Part shown: positions 17,451 to 25,383 of the stretch, piece by piece
Layout: each line of letters begins with the position of its first letter
Position numbering within the stretch: the first letter of the stretch is position 1
Source of the DNA: a virus
Taxonomy: Duplodnaviria; Caudoviricetes
Length of the DNA: 29,734 nt
Virus record (IMG/VR): IMGVR_UViG_3300049436_000011
Location: 1-29,734 of that record
Reading direction: 5' to 3' (one strand)
Made by a program: the position numbers and the translations under genes
Notes under the pieces: model-generated
Seen by the model: only the letters and a program-made list of their open reading frames with translations
Told to the model about the DNA's origin: nothing
The model's database searches: none

Positions 17451-17947
17451 AAGAACTCATAGACGATATCAAAACCCGCCTGCAGGGAGTGACCGAGCTG
17501 AAGTACATCGACGAAGACTGGGGCCAGTTGGATTATTACAGTGCTGCACCCCCGGTAAAGTTCCCATGTGCGTTGATCGACATCGACAACGTGCGCTGGA
17601 GCGATGAAGGCAACCAGACGCAGATCGGCATTGCAAACGTGGTTGTACGCCTGGCCAACATGCGCCTGTCAAACAGTAATGTGAAAGCTCCTGCAGGACA
17701 AAAAGCAAAGTCCCTGTCATTCTTTGATACCGTGATGCATATCCATCAGAAGCTTCATACCTGGAGCGGCGCAAAGAACAACGGCCCATTGACCAGGATC
17801 GGGTACCGGAAAGTTAAACGTGATGACGGGATCCGCGAGATTGAAATGATCTTCGCCGTGGAGATCACAGACGACTCAGCCAGGAAGGTTTATTCCAAGA
17901 AGATGATTCAGGCTGCAGGATTACAGATCACCGTTGAAGATATGTAA
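17447..17947 (+). CDS. Putative tail terminator / completion protein (Mu gp37-like)
   Basis: 166 aa; YIDEDWGQL, PVKFPCALID, IHQKLHTW; follows gpG-like gene with ATGA overlap. Confidence 0.7.
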   Translation: MKELIDDIKTRLQGVTELKYIDEDWGQLDYYSAAPPVKFPCALIDIDNVRWSDEGNQTQIGIANVVVRLANMRLSNSNVKAPAGQKAKSLSFFDTVMHIHQKLHTWSGAKNNGPLTRIGYRKVKRDDGIREIEMIFAVEITDDSARKVYSKKMIQAAGLQITVEDM

Positions 17948-17990
17948 TAATCCAAAAATCATTAACCCTAAAGGTTAACAATATTGCATT

Positions 17991-18017
17991 AAAAAACCCG
18001 CTCGATGGCGGGTTTTT
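17991..18017. terminator. Bidirectional intrinsic terminator
   Basis: AAAAAACCCGC-TCGATG-GCGGGTTTTT between convergent genes, with A- and T-tracts on either side. Confidence 0.85.
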
Positions 18018-18038
18018 CATTTTCAAGATACTAATGGA

Positions 18039-18419
18039 TCATTCAAACAATGCAACTTCAACCTGAACCTTGTAAGTTTTTACATTTTCAACCGACATTG
18101 TCATACAATCAATAATCTTTGTCGCGTGAGCTGCAATGTTTAATCCGGTTCCATTTCCGGCACCAACGACTTTTTGAGATTCATCAAAGTAAATGCTTTT
18201 CAAACAGCATGAGGACAAAAGCTTATCGGAATTATTTCGGATCTCTACATGAACTGTACGCACTCCAATTTCGTCAACAGTCTCATTGGAACTAACAATT
18301 TCAACGTCCGATGCTTCCCCTCCTGCAGCAACTGGAGTCTTACTTCCCCCCGAGAAAATTCCGATAATCATAAAAATGGCAAGAACGATGCCAACCCCGA
18401 TGAACAGTTTCTTTTTCAT
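18039..18419 (-). CDS. Membrane-anchored periplasmic protein, FxLYD-domain-like (moron)
   Basis: 126 aa; N-terminal TM anchor, linker, then VEIRNNSDK...SIYFDESQKVVG beta-sandwich pattern; AT-richer than flanks. Confidence 0.65.
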   Translation of the reverse strand: MKKKLFIGVGIVLAIFMIIGIFSGGSKTPVAAGGEASDVEIVSSNETVDEIGVRTVHVEIRNNSDKLLSSCCLKSIYFDESQKVVGAGNGTGLNIAAHATKIIDCMTMSVENVKTYKVQVEVALFE

Positions 18420-18470
18420 AATGTTTTTTGGTTTTTAAATTTGCGATAAATATAGATTAAATTGAATCAA

Positions 18471-18698
18471 CTACGCGTTGACATCAATACTTTTATTCTT
18501 TTTTGCCTCTTCCTCCTTCAAACACTTCGCGATCGGCGTTGACAGGTAGTTGTACAGTGTGGCCATGCTGATGTGAAACTGAGGTTCGATAAATGTCCTG
18601 TAAACATAGGCAGTGGATATCCCCGGCTTCTTTTCCCTAATGTAGACTTCAACTACGTCCCGCATGTATTTAAGGTGATTGAGTCGGTTATACGCCAT
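18471..18698 (-). CDS. Small HTH protein, candidate late-gene activator (Mor/C positional analogue)
   Basis: Likely start MAYNR at 18698; GISTAYVYRTFIEPQFHISMATLYNYL HTH; last core gene of the early/middle operon. Confidence 0.6.
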   Translation of the reverse strand: MAYNRLNHLKYMRDVVEVYIREKKPGISTAYVYRTFIEPQFHISMATLYNYLSTPIAKCLKEEEAKKNKSIDVNA

Positions 18699-18699
18699 G

Positions 18700-19077
18700 T
18701 TAAGCAGTTTGGTGATCGATTTCACTTACGATTGATTGTGCGAGTTGATATTCATATGGGCAGTTGTCCAAATTCACCTCCCGGAACATGACAGCCAAAG
18801 CCCATGCCTGAGGCATGTCAAATGATAACTTGATAGTAGGCTTAAGCGTGAGCATCTTTTTGCGGATCTTATCCTCGTAAACCTTGTACAACAGAAAGAA
18901 CAGAGCCTTATCATCCACATCATGAAGCTCGACACCGGCCAGATAGCTGCTCATGATCCTGCCCAGGGAAGCAAGCTGCTCTTTTGCCAGGTGAAGGTCC
19001 ACCTTTTTCATGATCATGGCCACTTCCATCATGCGGCCCCTGGTATATTCCTGTTCCCTTAATGTTAGTTGGCCCAT
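18700..19077 (-). CDS. Hypothetical protein
   Basis: 125 aa ORF tiling the operon. Confidence 0.7.
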   Translation of the reverse strand: MGQLTLREQEYTRGRMMEVAMIMKKVDLHLAKEQLASLGRIMSSYLAGVELHDVDDKALFFLLYKVYEDKIRKKMLTLKPTIKLSFDMPQAWALAVMFREVNLDNCPYEYQLAQSIVSEIDHQTA

Positions 19078-19475
19078 AGCTCAGCGTTTAAATAGGTTTC
19101 AGCATATTTCTTCCGCGTGCCCGGGGGAATGCTGTTAAAATACTTGGTGACGTAATTGTATGCACGCACCTGATCAGCGGCATGCATCTGGTTCCAGCGC
19201 TTGAGCGTTTTGCGCTTCGACGACGTAAGCTTATCGTCATAATGCTGCCAGAACATTTCGAAGTTAACCTCCTGCTTGATTTCCGTGATTGTAGTATTGG
19301 GGGTTTTCAATAGATTTAGTTCAGCAATTTCCCTGGGCATATGTTCCAACAGGAATCTTTGCTGTGACTCATTGAGCTCCGCATGATTTTCCATTGACTG
19401 AAGGAGATCCTGGTGATTGAATATAAATTCAATGTATCCGGACCAGACGCTGGAGGTTAATTGAAATATTTTCAT
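19065..19475 (-). CDS. Conserved phage hypothetical protein
   Basis: 136 aa; FEMFWQHYDDK...RWNQM...KKYAETYLN helical motif; overlapped starts/stops. Confidence 0.75.
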   Translation of the reverse strand: MKIFQLTSSVWSGYIEFIFNHQDLLQSMENHAELNESQQRFLLEHMPREIAELNLLKTPNTTITEIKQEVNFEMFWQHYDDKLTSSKRKTLKRWNQMHAADQVRAYNYVTKYFNSIPPGTRKKYAETYLNAELWAN

Positions 19476-19912
19476 CAGTTCTGAATTATTAATCGTTCAA
19501 TCTCCTCATTCTTTGCACACTGATCATGCAGGATCGCACGCACACGCACGCATGTGGCCTTCAGCTCCTCGATCGTCATCTGATAGATCAACTTGCCACA
19601 CACGCGTGGATCCAGCAGGAAACGGTTGATATGCGACCAATCATCCGAAGTGCCATAAACGCCGTACTTATTGAGCAGTGACAGCAGCGTGGATCTCCAG
19701 CGCCTAACTTCCGGATCTGAACTGCCGGCGAAGATCTTATCGTGCTGCATCTCGTCAAGCCGTTTCACCAGGTCCTTCAGGTCGGCCTCTGAAAGTTGGT
19801 TTGTGTGCTCCACACCGTAACCGGCAAGCAGCGCAGGCTTCGCACGCTCGAGGTGGAGTTCCTTTATGATGGCGTGCATCTTTGCATATAGAAAATTACG
19901 TTGACGGTCCAT
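19475..19912 (-). CDS. GemA-like (DUF1018-like) regulatory protein
   Basis: HTNQLSEADL and RWRSTLL...DWSHINRFLLDPRVCGK...MTIEEL pattern; start 19912 preferred (19936 in ORF track). Confidence 0.6.
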   Translation of the reverse strand: MDRQRNFLYAKMHAIIKELHLERAKPALLAGYGVEHTNQLSEADLKDLVKRLDEMQHDKIFAGSSDPEVRRWRSTLLSLLNKYGVYGTSDDWSHINRFLLDPRVCGKLIYQMTIEELKATCVRVRAILHDQCAKNEEIERLIIQN

Positions 19913-19925
19913 GATTAGTCCTCCT

Positions 19926-20141
19926 TTAAGCTTCAATAGTAGTTTTCAATTTATTGATAATATATACCAAAGCCTCAATCATTGGTCTCCTGGGGAGATT
20001 GAACGAGGTCATTGTCCCTCCAGGAGAATTATCTTTTACTGTTAACGTTACTCCAGCTGGATCTTCATCAGTAGTAATTAATACTTTTTGAGTATTTCCC
20101 GATTTATCTTCATGGACAGTATATTGAGATGACAATTTCAT
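19926..20141 (-). CDS. Hypothetical protein
   Basis: 71 aa, ATGA-coupled to upstream small ORF. Confidence 0.65.
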   Translation of the reverse strand: MKLSSQYTVHEDKSGNTQKVLITTDEDPAGVTLTVKDNSPGGTMTSFNLPRRPMIEALVYIINKLKTTIEA

Positions 20142-20290
20142 TTTGTTTCCTCCTTTTCTACCTGTTGCAAAACTTTAATGGCGTGAATTAATGCTACAGT
20201 TACCTCCTTGGGAGTTAACATTTGAGACTTACTACCCATACGCCACTTTTGATATAACTTTAGCGTTTTAATTGCCTCCTTGTTGGTCAT
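20138..20290 (-). CDS. Small hypothetical protein (50 aa)
   Basis: Not in ORF track; MTNKEAIKTLKLYQKWRMGSKSQMLTPKEVTVALIHAIKVLQQVEKEETK; its TGA overlaps the next ATG. Confidence 0.7.
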   Translation of the reverse strand: MTNKEAIKTLKLYQKWRMGSKSQMLTPKEVTVALIHAIKVLQQVEKEETK

Positions 20291-20369
20291 TGGTTTTCCC
20301 CCTGTTGTTTGTACCATTGTTCAAATTCATCTAATTCAACTTGCCTTGTTACCGTCGGAGCGTCATAGG

Positions 20370-20756
20370 CTATATTGCAATAACTCCATGCTGCCTGGGC
20401 CGCCTCCTTCTTTTCTTGTCAGCGTATTGATGCATTGCTTTTAAAACGTCATCATGCTGATAATAGAAGTTCTTAGGAACATCAATGTCTGCATCATCAT
20501 CAATGGTGCATCTCATTGTATTGAGTAAAATTTCTTCTGCTGTTATGGGATTTTCGACATCGGACTTCACAACCACTTCCACATCTACCCATTCACAGGG
20601 GTAACCAACTTCAGCACACGCAGAATGAAGTATGATATCAAGGTCGGATTGACGCCACCTGTCTGTATATAAGTATGGCATTACTTCAATATAAAATACA
20701 TTCTCAGGGCTTACATTTACCCATTCCTTTGTGTGTACTGTTCTGAGTGCCTTCAT
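20370..20756 (-). CDS. Hypothetical protein, probably frameshifted near 20410-20420 (true end 20287)
   Basis: 128 aa ORF ends in KKRRRRPRQHGVIAI, whereas the -1 frame continues KKEAAQAAWSYCN...FEQWYKQQGENQ to a TGA coupled to the next ATG. Confidence 0.6.
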   Translation of the reverse strand: MKALRTVHTKEWVNVSPENVFYIEVMPYLYTDRWRQSDLDIILHSACAEVGYPCEWVDVEVVVKSDVENPITAEEILLNTMRCTIDDDADIDVPKNFYYQHDDVLKAMHQYADKKRRRRPRQHGVIAI

Positions 20757-20766
20757 GTTGTTTCCT

Positions 20767-21051
20767 TTATTTAACCGTTATTTCAGCAACCAAACGATCC
20801 ATATTACCATGTACATCCGTATGCCAAACAAAAGCTTTAGCGAAAGTGGAAGTTGTACATTTATATGACAATTCAGGAATCAAATGGTTACCACTTTTAA
20901 TGGTTTTAATATTCTGCGCAAAAGCGTGTTGAAAGCTATAGGCATCTTCCACGCATGCAGCAATATCTTTGATCATGGCGCGAACCTTAAGCTCCATTGT
21001 GTTGCTGCTATTTGATTTAATTTCGACTTTCATAAATTCATTATTAGTCAA
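20767..21051 (-). CDS. Hypothetical protein
   Basis: 94 aa ORF tiling the operon. Confidence 0.65.
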   Translation of the reverse strand: MTNNEFMKVEIKSNSSNTMELKVRAMIKDIAACVEDAYSFQHAFAQNIKTIKSGNHLIPELSYKCTTSTFAKAFVWHTDVHGNMDRLVAEITVK

Positions 21052-21274
21052 CGTACCCGATTAATTTTGAAGCTTGCATCTCATTGCAGTAATCCATTTC
21101 TGACTTGATCAGGATCTTCGGAGTCTTATCCTCACGAAGTATAAGATTATGGTTCTCATCCACCAGGTGAAGTATGATCTTTCCTTTGGGTACCCGAAGT
21201 GGCTGTTCGTTATAAACGATCACCAGGAGGCCGTCAGATAGCTTTACGATGAGTCCGGGCTTTCTCATGGCCAC
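21044..21274 (-). CDS. Hypothetical protein
   Basis: 76 aa ORF overlapping both neighbours. Confidence 0.65.
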   Translation of the reverse strand: MAMRKPGLIVKLSDGLLVIVYNEQPLRVPKGKIILHLVDENHNLILREDKTPKILIKSEMDYCNEMQASKLIGYVD

Positions 21275-21543
21275 ACCCTCCCGTCTTCATCCTGATCAAC
21301 CGCGAAAACATCAGAAAGGCCTGAGAGATTCTCACCACATTCCGGGCACCAAACTTCGACACCGGTTCCACGACATTCAGCACATTGAGTATAGAGCTCA
21401 CCAGGCATGAAGTTGATAGGATCATCCTCACTCTCGTCGAACATTCCCTCTTCACACCAATTCGTGCAGCTGCGGGAATGAACCGGAGAGTGTCCGCATT
21501 TCGGACAGCTACTATCGTAGATGATGTCGTAATCTTCGCTCAT
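21265..21543 (-). CDS. Small acidic zinc-finger protein
   Basis: 92 aa; CPKC, CTNWC, CAEC(RGTG), CPEC. Confidence 0.7.
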   Translation of the reverse strand: MSEDYDIIYDSSCPKCGHSPVHSRSCTNWCEEGMFDESEDDPINFMPGELYTQCAECRGTGVEVWCPECGENLSGLSDVFAVDQDEDGRVWP

Positions 21544-21959
21544 ATCCGTGCAAGTTGAAAGTGCATACCATCAGGGCGCTTCCAGGTACCACCCCATTCA
21601 AATCCGGCATCGGTGAAACACTGCACGAAACCAGGAGACAACACCGGGATCTGACCGAGCCGGTTCTCTGAAGCATTGATATCGATCGCAACACCCCAGG
21701 AGTGAAGACTCATGGTTGATGCTCCCCGCATGGAGCGGATATTAAAGCATCCGTCCCATGTCTTCAGCTCTGGCATCATTCCCCTGGTCACCAGGTTGAT
21801 CAGCGCCTGTCTCAGTGGCTTCACCATATCGACATTGCAGTAAATCCGGCGAGGTACCGGTCCCTTCCGGATGATGTCGTTTGGCTCCCACAGCTGCAGG
21901 CATTTGTTCGCTGCAGAAGGCTGGCCGTATTTCTTTAAACAATCGTTTGAGGTTACCAT
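21540..21959 (-). CDS. M15-family metallopeptidase (putative endolysin)
   Basis: 139 aa; R...SLHSWGVAIDIN and WGGTWKRPDGMHFQ zinc-binding motifs. Confidence 0.9.
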   Translation of the reverse strand: MVTSNDCLKKYGQPSAANKCLQLWEPNDIIRKGPVPRRIYCNVDMVKPLRQALINLVTRGMMPELKTWDGCFNIRSMRGASTMSLHSWGVAIDINASENRLGQIPVLSPGFVQCFTDAGFEWGGTWKRPDGMHFQLARI

Positions 21960-21960
21960 T

Positions 21961-22176
21961 TCAGTCTTTTACGTATTTATTCGGGTTGTTCTCAATGATA
22001 AAGTCTATTTTGCTATTGGCATCTCCCTGGGTAGTGTACCATCCGGTACCGAAGTGTGACCAACCACCGCTTAAGGTTGCCTTTGCGATCTTCCAACAGC
22101 TCTTACGCGGTTCGTATTGCGAGCGGAGTACGGTGATCCCTTTCCTCACCAGAGGCATGCGCTGAGTCTTATCCAT
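21961..22176 (-). CDS. Hypothetical protein
   Basis: 71 aa ORF tiling the operon. Confidence 0.65.
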   Translation of the reverse strand: MDKTQRMPLVRKGITVLRSQYEPRKSCWKIAKATLSGGWSHFGTGWYTTQGDANSKIDFIIENNPNKYVKD

Positions 22177-22576
22177 TGCAGTTACTCATTAAGTGTAACT
22201 GGCAGCCACATCCACCTTCCTCCGTTTCATGATATCCACCTTCGGACACCTCAGGCCCATGTACGAACCGCTTACACGCCCAGCAAAAGAATTCCGGTTT
22301 GTTTACCATAAACCTCAGGGCCATTGCCCCGGTTTGAATAGCCTCGGTGTACATATTGGATACAGGTCCCTTTTCATACCGATGCTGAAGGGCAGCCTGT
22401 ACAAGTTCTCCGGCTTCCTCTGCAACAACTGCAGCGGAGTGGACATAGTCCTCCGGCCATCGTGAATGCTTCACACACGCAGTGAGGTATTCATTGTAGA
22501 TATTGACCATCTCCTGCTTAATCGCATTAGGCATTGAGATAAGTACCGCGTCGAATACATTTAAATCATTGTTCAT
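22169..22576 (-). CDS. MazG-like all-alpha NTP pyrophosphohydrolase-fold protein
   Basis: VVAEEAGELVQAAL...EAIQTGAMALRF (EExxE motif) plus C-terminal Cys cluster. Confidence 0.6.
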   Translation of the reverse strand: MNNDLNVFDAVLISMPNAIKQEMVNIYNEYLTACVKHSRWPEDYVHSAAVVAEEAGELVQAALQHRYEKGPVSNMYTEAIQTGAMALRFMVNKPEFFCWACKRFVHGPEVSEGGYHETEEGGCGCQLHLMSNCNG

Positions 22577-23081
22577 CTTCGTAAATTAAGGTGTGGGTGA
22601 GTATTTCCATTTGACGTATAAATTCACGCTTAGCTTGAATAGGTGACATCGTTTCGATGTTATTCGATAGAACGATGTTATTCCATTCCCACTCCAAGGC
22701 GGCGTTATCGGCAGCTTTAACTTCAGCTGATAGTGGATATTGGAAACCAAACTTCCGCGATATTACCATCATCAGTTCATACTCAACTTCGAAGTAATTC
22801 TTCAGGCGATGTTTCACCGGACGGGACACATCAGCGATGTATGCCTCACTTGCATCATGGAGCATGGCTGCAAGTTTATCCTCAGGGCTTTGAACCAGGT
22901 TGCAAACAAAAATGCAATGCTCGGCAACTGAATAAAACTTCATTGTATGTCCGTTCCATCTGCAGATATTGCTCAAAGCATGAGCGATATCGACCAGGGT
23001 TATCAGGTCCGGATCCGGGGCCAGTGGATCTATCATCTTGCCCATGAATGTGCGAATTTGATTTTGTGTATAAAGTCCCAT
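22566..23081 (-). CDS. HD-domain phosphohydrolase (YfbR/YfdR-like 5'-deoxynucleotidase)
   Basis: DIAHALSNICRWNGH, YSVAEHC, LHDASEAYIADV, KAAD motifs. Confidence 0.88.
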   Translation of the reverse strand: MGLYTQNQIRTFMGKMIDPLAPDPDLITLVDIAHALSNICRWNGHTMKFYSVAEHCIFVCNLVQSPEDKLAAMLHDASEAYIADVSRPVKHRLKNYFEVEYELMMVISRKFGFQYPLSAEVKAADNAALEWEWNNIVLSNNIETMSPIQAKREFIRQMEILTHTLIYEDEQ

Positions 23082-23106
23082 AGTGCTATTGTTGTATGAT
23101 AATTAG

Positions 23107-23595
23107 TTAATAAAGTCCTCCGTAGTTATCGTTGACTGTTGGTTTTCGGTCTTTTTTAAATTTGCTTTTAAAATCAGATCCTTTATGAACCTTGCTGGGG
23201 GGGGCAGACTTCTCGGCTACTACATTCGATGTAGGACCAGTTTCTGTGACAGGTTCAGCAGGATCAACTGACTGTTCAACCTTCTTTTTCCGAACTTCAA
23301 AGTACTCCTGCATGTAGCACTTTTTGCTGCAATGCTTCGTGTGCATGAATTTGGGATGAAAAAGGTGTCCGCATGTGTGGCAATGTACCTGCAGATCCTC
23401 CGGAGCTTTCTCACGCTTGCCAATAGTCTGCTTAGTTTTGCGTTGCTTCGGCTGTTTGACTTTCGGGATGATTGTGTTATCCGGATCATATGCCTTCGTG
23501 ACCACGCGAAGAACCTCACCGGGCACATTGTTTAACATGCTGGTCACCTGCTGTATTTCAGCTAATGATCCTGTAATTATTAATTGGAATTCCAT
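23107..23595 (-). CDS. Hypothetical protein with zinc-finger (CxxC...CSxxC)
   Basis: 162 aa; CHTCGHLF...HCSKKC; basic low-complexity flanks. Confidence 0.7.
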   Translation of the reverse strand: MEFQLIITGSLAEIQQVTSMLNNVPGEVLRVVTKAYDPDNTIIPKVKQPKQRKTKQTIGKREKAPEDLQVHCHTCGHLFHPKFMHTKHCSKKCYMQEYFEVRKKKVEQSVDPAEPVTETGPTSNVVAEKSAPPSKVHKGSDFKSKFKKDRKPTVNDNYGGLY

Positions 23596-23617
23596 GTGTT
23601 GCGTTTTAAAATGTTCT

Positions 23618-23690
23618 TGGTCCGCGCTGACAGGATTCGAACCTGCATACAGGATGCTAACCTGTGACCTGCCATTAATCGACAGCGGGA
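23618..23690 (-). tRNA. Non-canonical tRNA-like element, apparent anticodon AGC (Ala), encoded CCA
   Basis: T-arm GCAGG-TTCGAAT-CCTGT, anticodon arm ACAGG-TTAGCAT-CCTGT, D-loop AATGG, acceptor TCCCGCTG/CAGCGCGGA and CCA; atypical linkers. Confidence 0.6.
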
Positions 23691-23701
23691 GGCATTGAGC
23701 T

Positions 23702-24322
23702 TTATAATGCTGAGAAGTTGAGCTCTATCAACTTGTAACTTCCGTCTGCGATGCGTTCAAAAATTCGGAAGTAAGTTTTTGATCCGGGTCTGCGGATCCC
23801 GTCTGACAAAATCTGAATCGCTTCCTGGAATAACTGATCCGTGATCTTGGTTTGATACCTCATCAGGGAAATAACCTTTTTAGAGTCAATCTTTCCCCTG
23901 GAGGTGCTGAAAGCGTCAATAACCATATCCTTCAAAAACTCGGTTTTTGCATCCAGGTTGGCATTGAGGAAAAGATCAAGCTTTTCCTTTGCGGCTTTAA
24001 TGGCAAGGTCGTCAAAGTCAATGCGCTCGGCAATGCTTACTTCAATCTTGATGGACCTGTCAAAATTGAAATAGGTATAGCTGCCTTTGGTGTCGCCTTT
24101 GGCCTTATAATCTTCCATTGCCTTCTGATGAACAGCCAGGCTGCGATCTGCAATTTCCTTTTTGAACTTTTTCAGTGACAAATTGAGAACCTTTGCACGC
24201 CTTACCAAGATTGCTGCGGTTGATTCCTTTAATTTCAGGCTTCCTGAGAGATACTCGCATGGGATCTCCTTACCCTGTTCGTCGTACCACACTTTCGTGT
24301 CCTTGTTAATTTTTTGGATCAT
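23702..24322 (-). CDS. DUF3164-like protein of transposable phages
   Basis: 206 aa; KGSYTYFNFDRSIKIEV, IDFDD, AKEKLD, AF...GKID, SKTYFRIFER motifs. Confidence 0.8.
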   Translation of the reverse strand: MIQKINKDTKVWYDEQGKEIPCEYLSGSLKLKESTAAILVRRAKVLNLSLKKFKKEIADRSLAVHQKAMEDYKAKGDTKGSYTYFNFDRSIKIEVSIAERIDFDDLAIKAAKEKLDLFLNANLDAKTEFLKDMVIDAFSTSRGKIDSKKVISLMRYQTKITDQLFQEAIQILSDGIRRPGSKTYFRIFERIADGSYKLIELNFSAL

Positions 24323-24552
24323 GATTTTTGTTTTAAAGAGTGTTGATTTTTTTTGATTTGCAAAATGTTTCTGATGATTGCATCGCGCTGATCAAGAAGC
24401 TTCTCAATTTCGCGCTTAGCGTGTTCCGATTTGATAGGATTGCGCCGTACAGTGGCCAGATGTTTGCGCTGGTTGCCGATCTCATCCTCGATGGCATCGA
24501 TCTTCGTCTGTAGCCTGAAAATGGCTTCATGAGGGGTTTCTTCCGTGCACAT
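24319..24552 (-). CDS. Small coiled-coil hypothetical protein
   Basis: 77 aa; TGA overlaps next ATG. Confidence 0.65.
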   Translation of the reverse strand: MCTEETPHEAIFRLQTKIDAIEDEIGNQRKHLATVRRNPIKSEHAKREIEKLLDQRDAIIRNILQIKKNQHSLKQKS

Positions 24553-24553
24553 G

Positions 24554-24748
24554 CTATGTCGTTTTTGAGTTTTTCGCCTCGCGTTCCCGTTTTGACATGA
24601 TCTCTCCCAGGTGGATCACTGCGTCAGTCATCAGCAGGGTCTCGAAGATCTTGTCAGCAATGCGGCCAAAATACCCTCCCAGGGATTTGCCGTCTTCTTG
24701 AGCGACCAGGATGGATCGCACCGGATCATAGATGTAGGTTCTTGTCAT
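24554..24748 (-). CDS. Hypothetical protein
   Basis: 64 aa; ATGA overlap with ATPase gene. Confidence 0.65.
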   Translation of the reverse strand: MTRTYIYDPVRSILVAQEDGKSLGGYFGRIADKIFETLLMTDAVIHLGEIMSKREREAKNSKTT

Positions 24749-25380
24749 TGTACCGCGTTTTTAGGTTGAGTGTAATTGTATGCGCCTTCCGGCCAGATTG
24801 TATAGGGCTCCCCGCCTCCGTAGCGCCCGGCTGGATAGGCAGTGTAACCTTCCACCCAAATAGCGACATTGGCATCGTAGCGAATAGATGAAGCAACACG
24901 TCCGGCAGGCTTAGTGCCCTCAGCGTGCGAGACCAGGATGAACAGTTTCCTGCGAAACTTATCCTTCATTGATTTGTAAGCTGCATAGGAAAGTCCGCTG
25001 TACTGGATGGAGTCAATAATAACCACGTCAGGGCTCTTCTTCCTGGTCAGGCGGTCCATCAAGTCAGTTACCGGCTCTTTATCCAGCAGCGTGAACCTGC
25101 GCGACACTTCCTGCAGGTTGCAATCCATGATAGCATCACGCATTGACTTGGATACACCTTCCTCGAGGGAGTCATAGGCGACTCTTAGTCCTAAGGTGCA
25201 TAAGTATTTTGCCAGCTGGAGAGCAAACCGGGTCTTTCCGTTCTTGGGGTTTCCCCAAATGATCCATGATCCGGATGGCTCCGGAGAACCGATCGCATCC
25301 AGCCAGGATCCGGAGAACTCGAGACTCCGGATCTTGGTGGTGTACAGCTGATGCATCGATATGGCTCTGGATGTCTTCAT
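24745..25380 (-). CDS. RecA/KaiC/RadA-like P-loop ATPase
   Basis: 211 aa; Walker A GNPKNGKT, YDSLEEG, Walker B VVIIDSIQY, ILVSH. Confidence 0.85.
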   Translation of the reverse strand: MKTSRAISMHQLYTTKIRSLEFSGSWLDAIGSPEPSGSWIIWGNPKNGKTRFALQLAKYLCTLGLRVAYDSLEEGVSKSMRDAIMDCNLQEVSRRFTLLDKEPVTDLMDRLTRKKSPDVVIIDSIQYSGLSYAAYKSMKDKFRRKLFILVSHAEGTKPAGRVASSIRYDANVAIWVEGYTAYPAGRYGGGEPYTIWPEGAYNYTQPKNAVQ

Positions 25381-25383
25381 GGA

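Noticed and set aside
22169-23081. 2-aminoadenine (Z-genome) DatZ/MazZ cluster
   Set aside because: No PurZ or phage DNA polymerase in the window.
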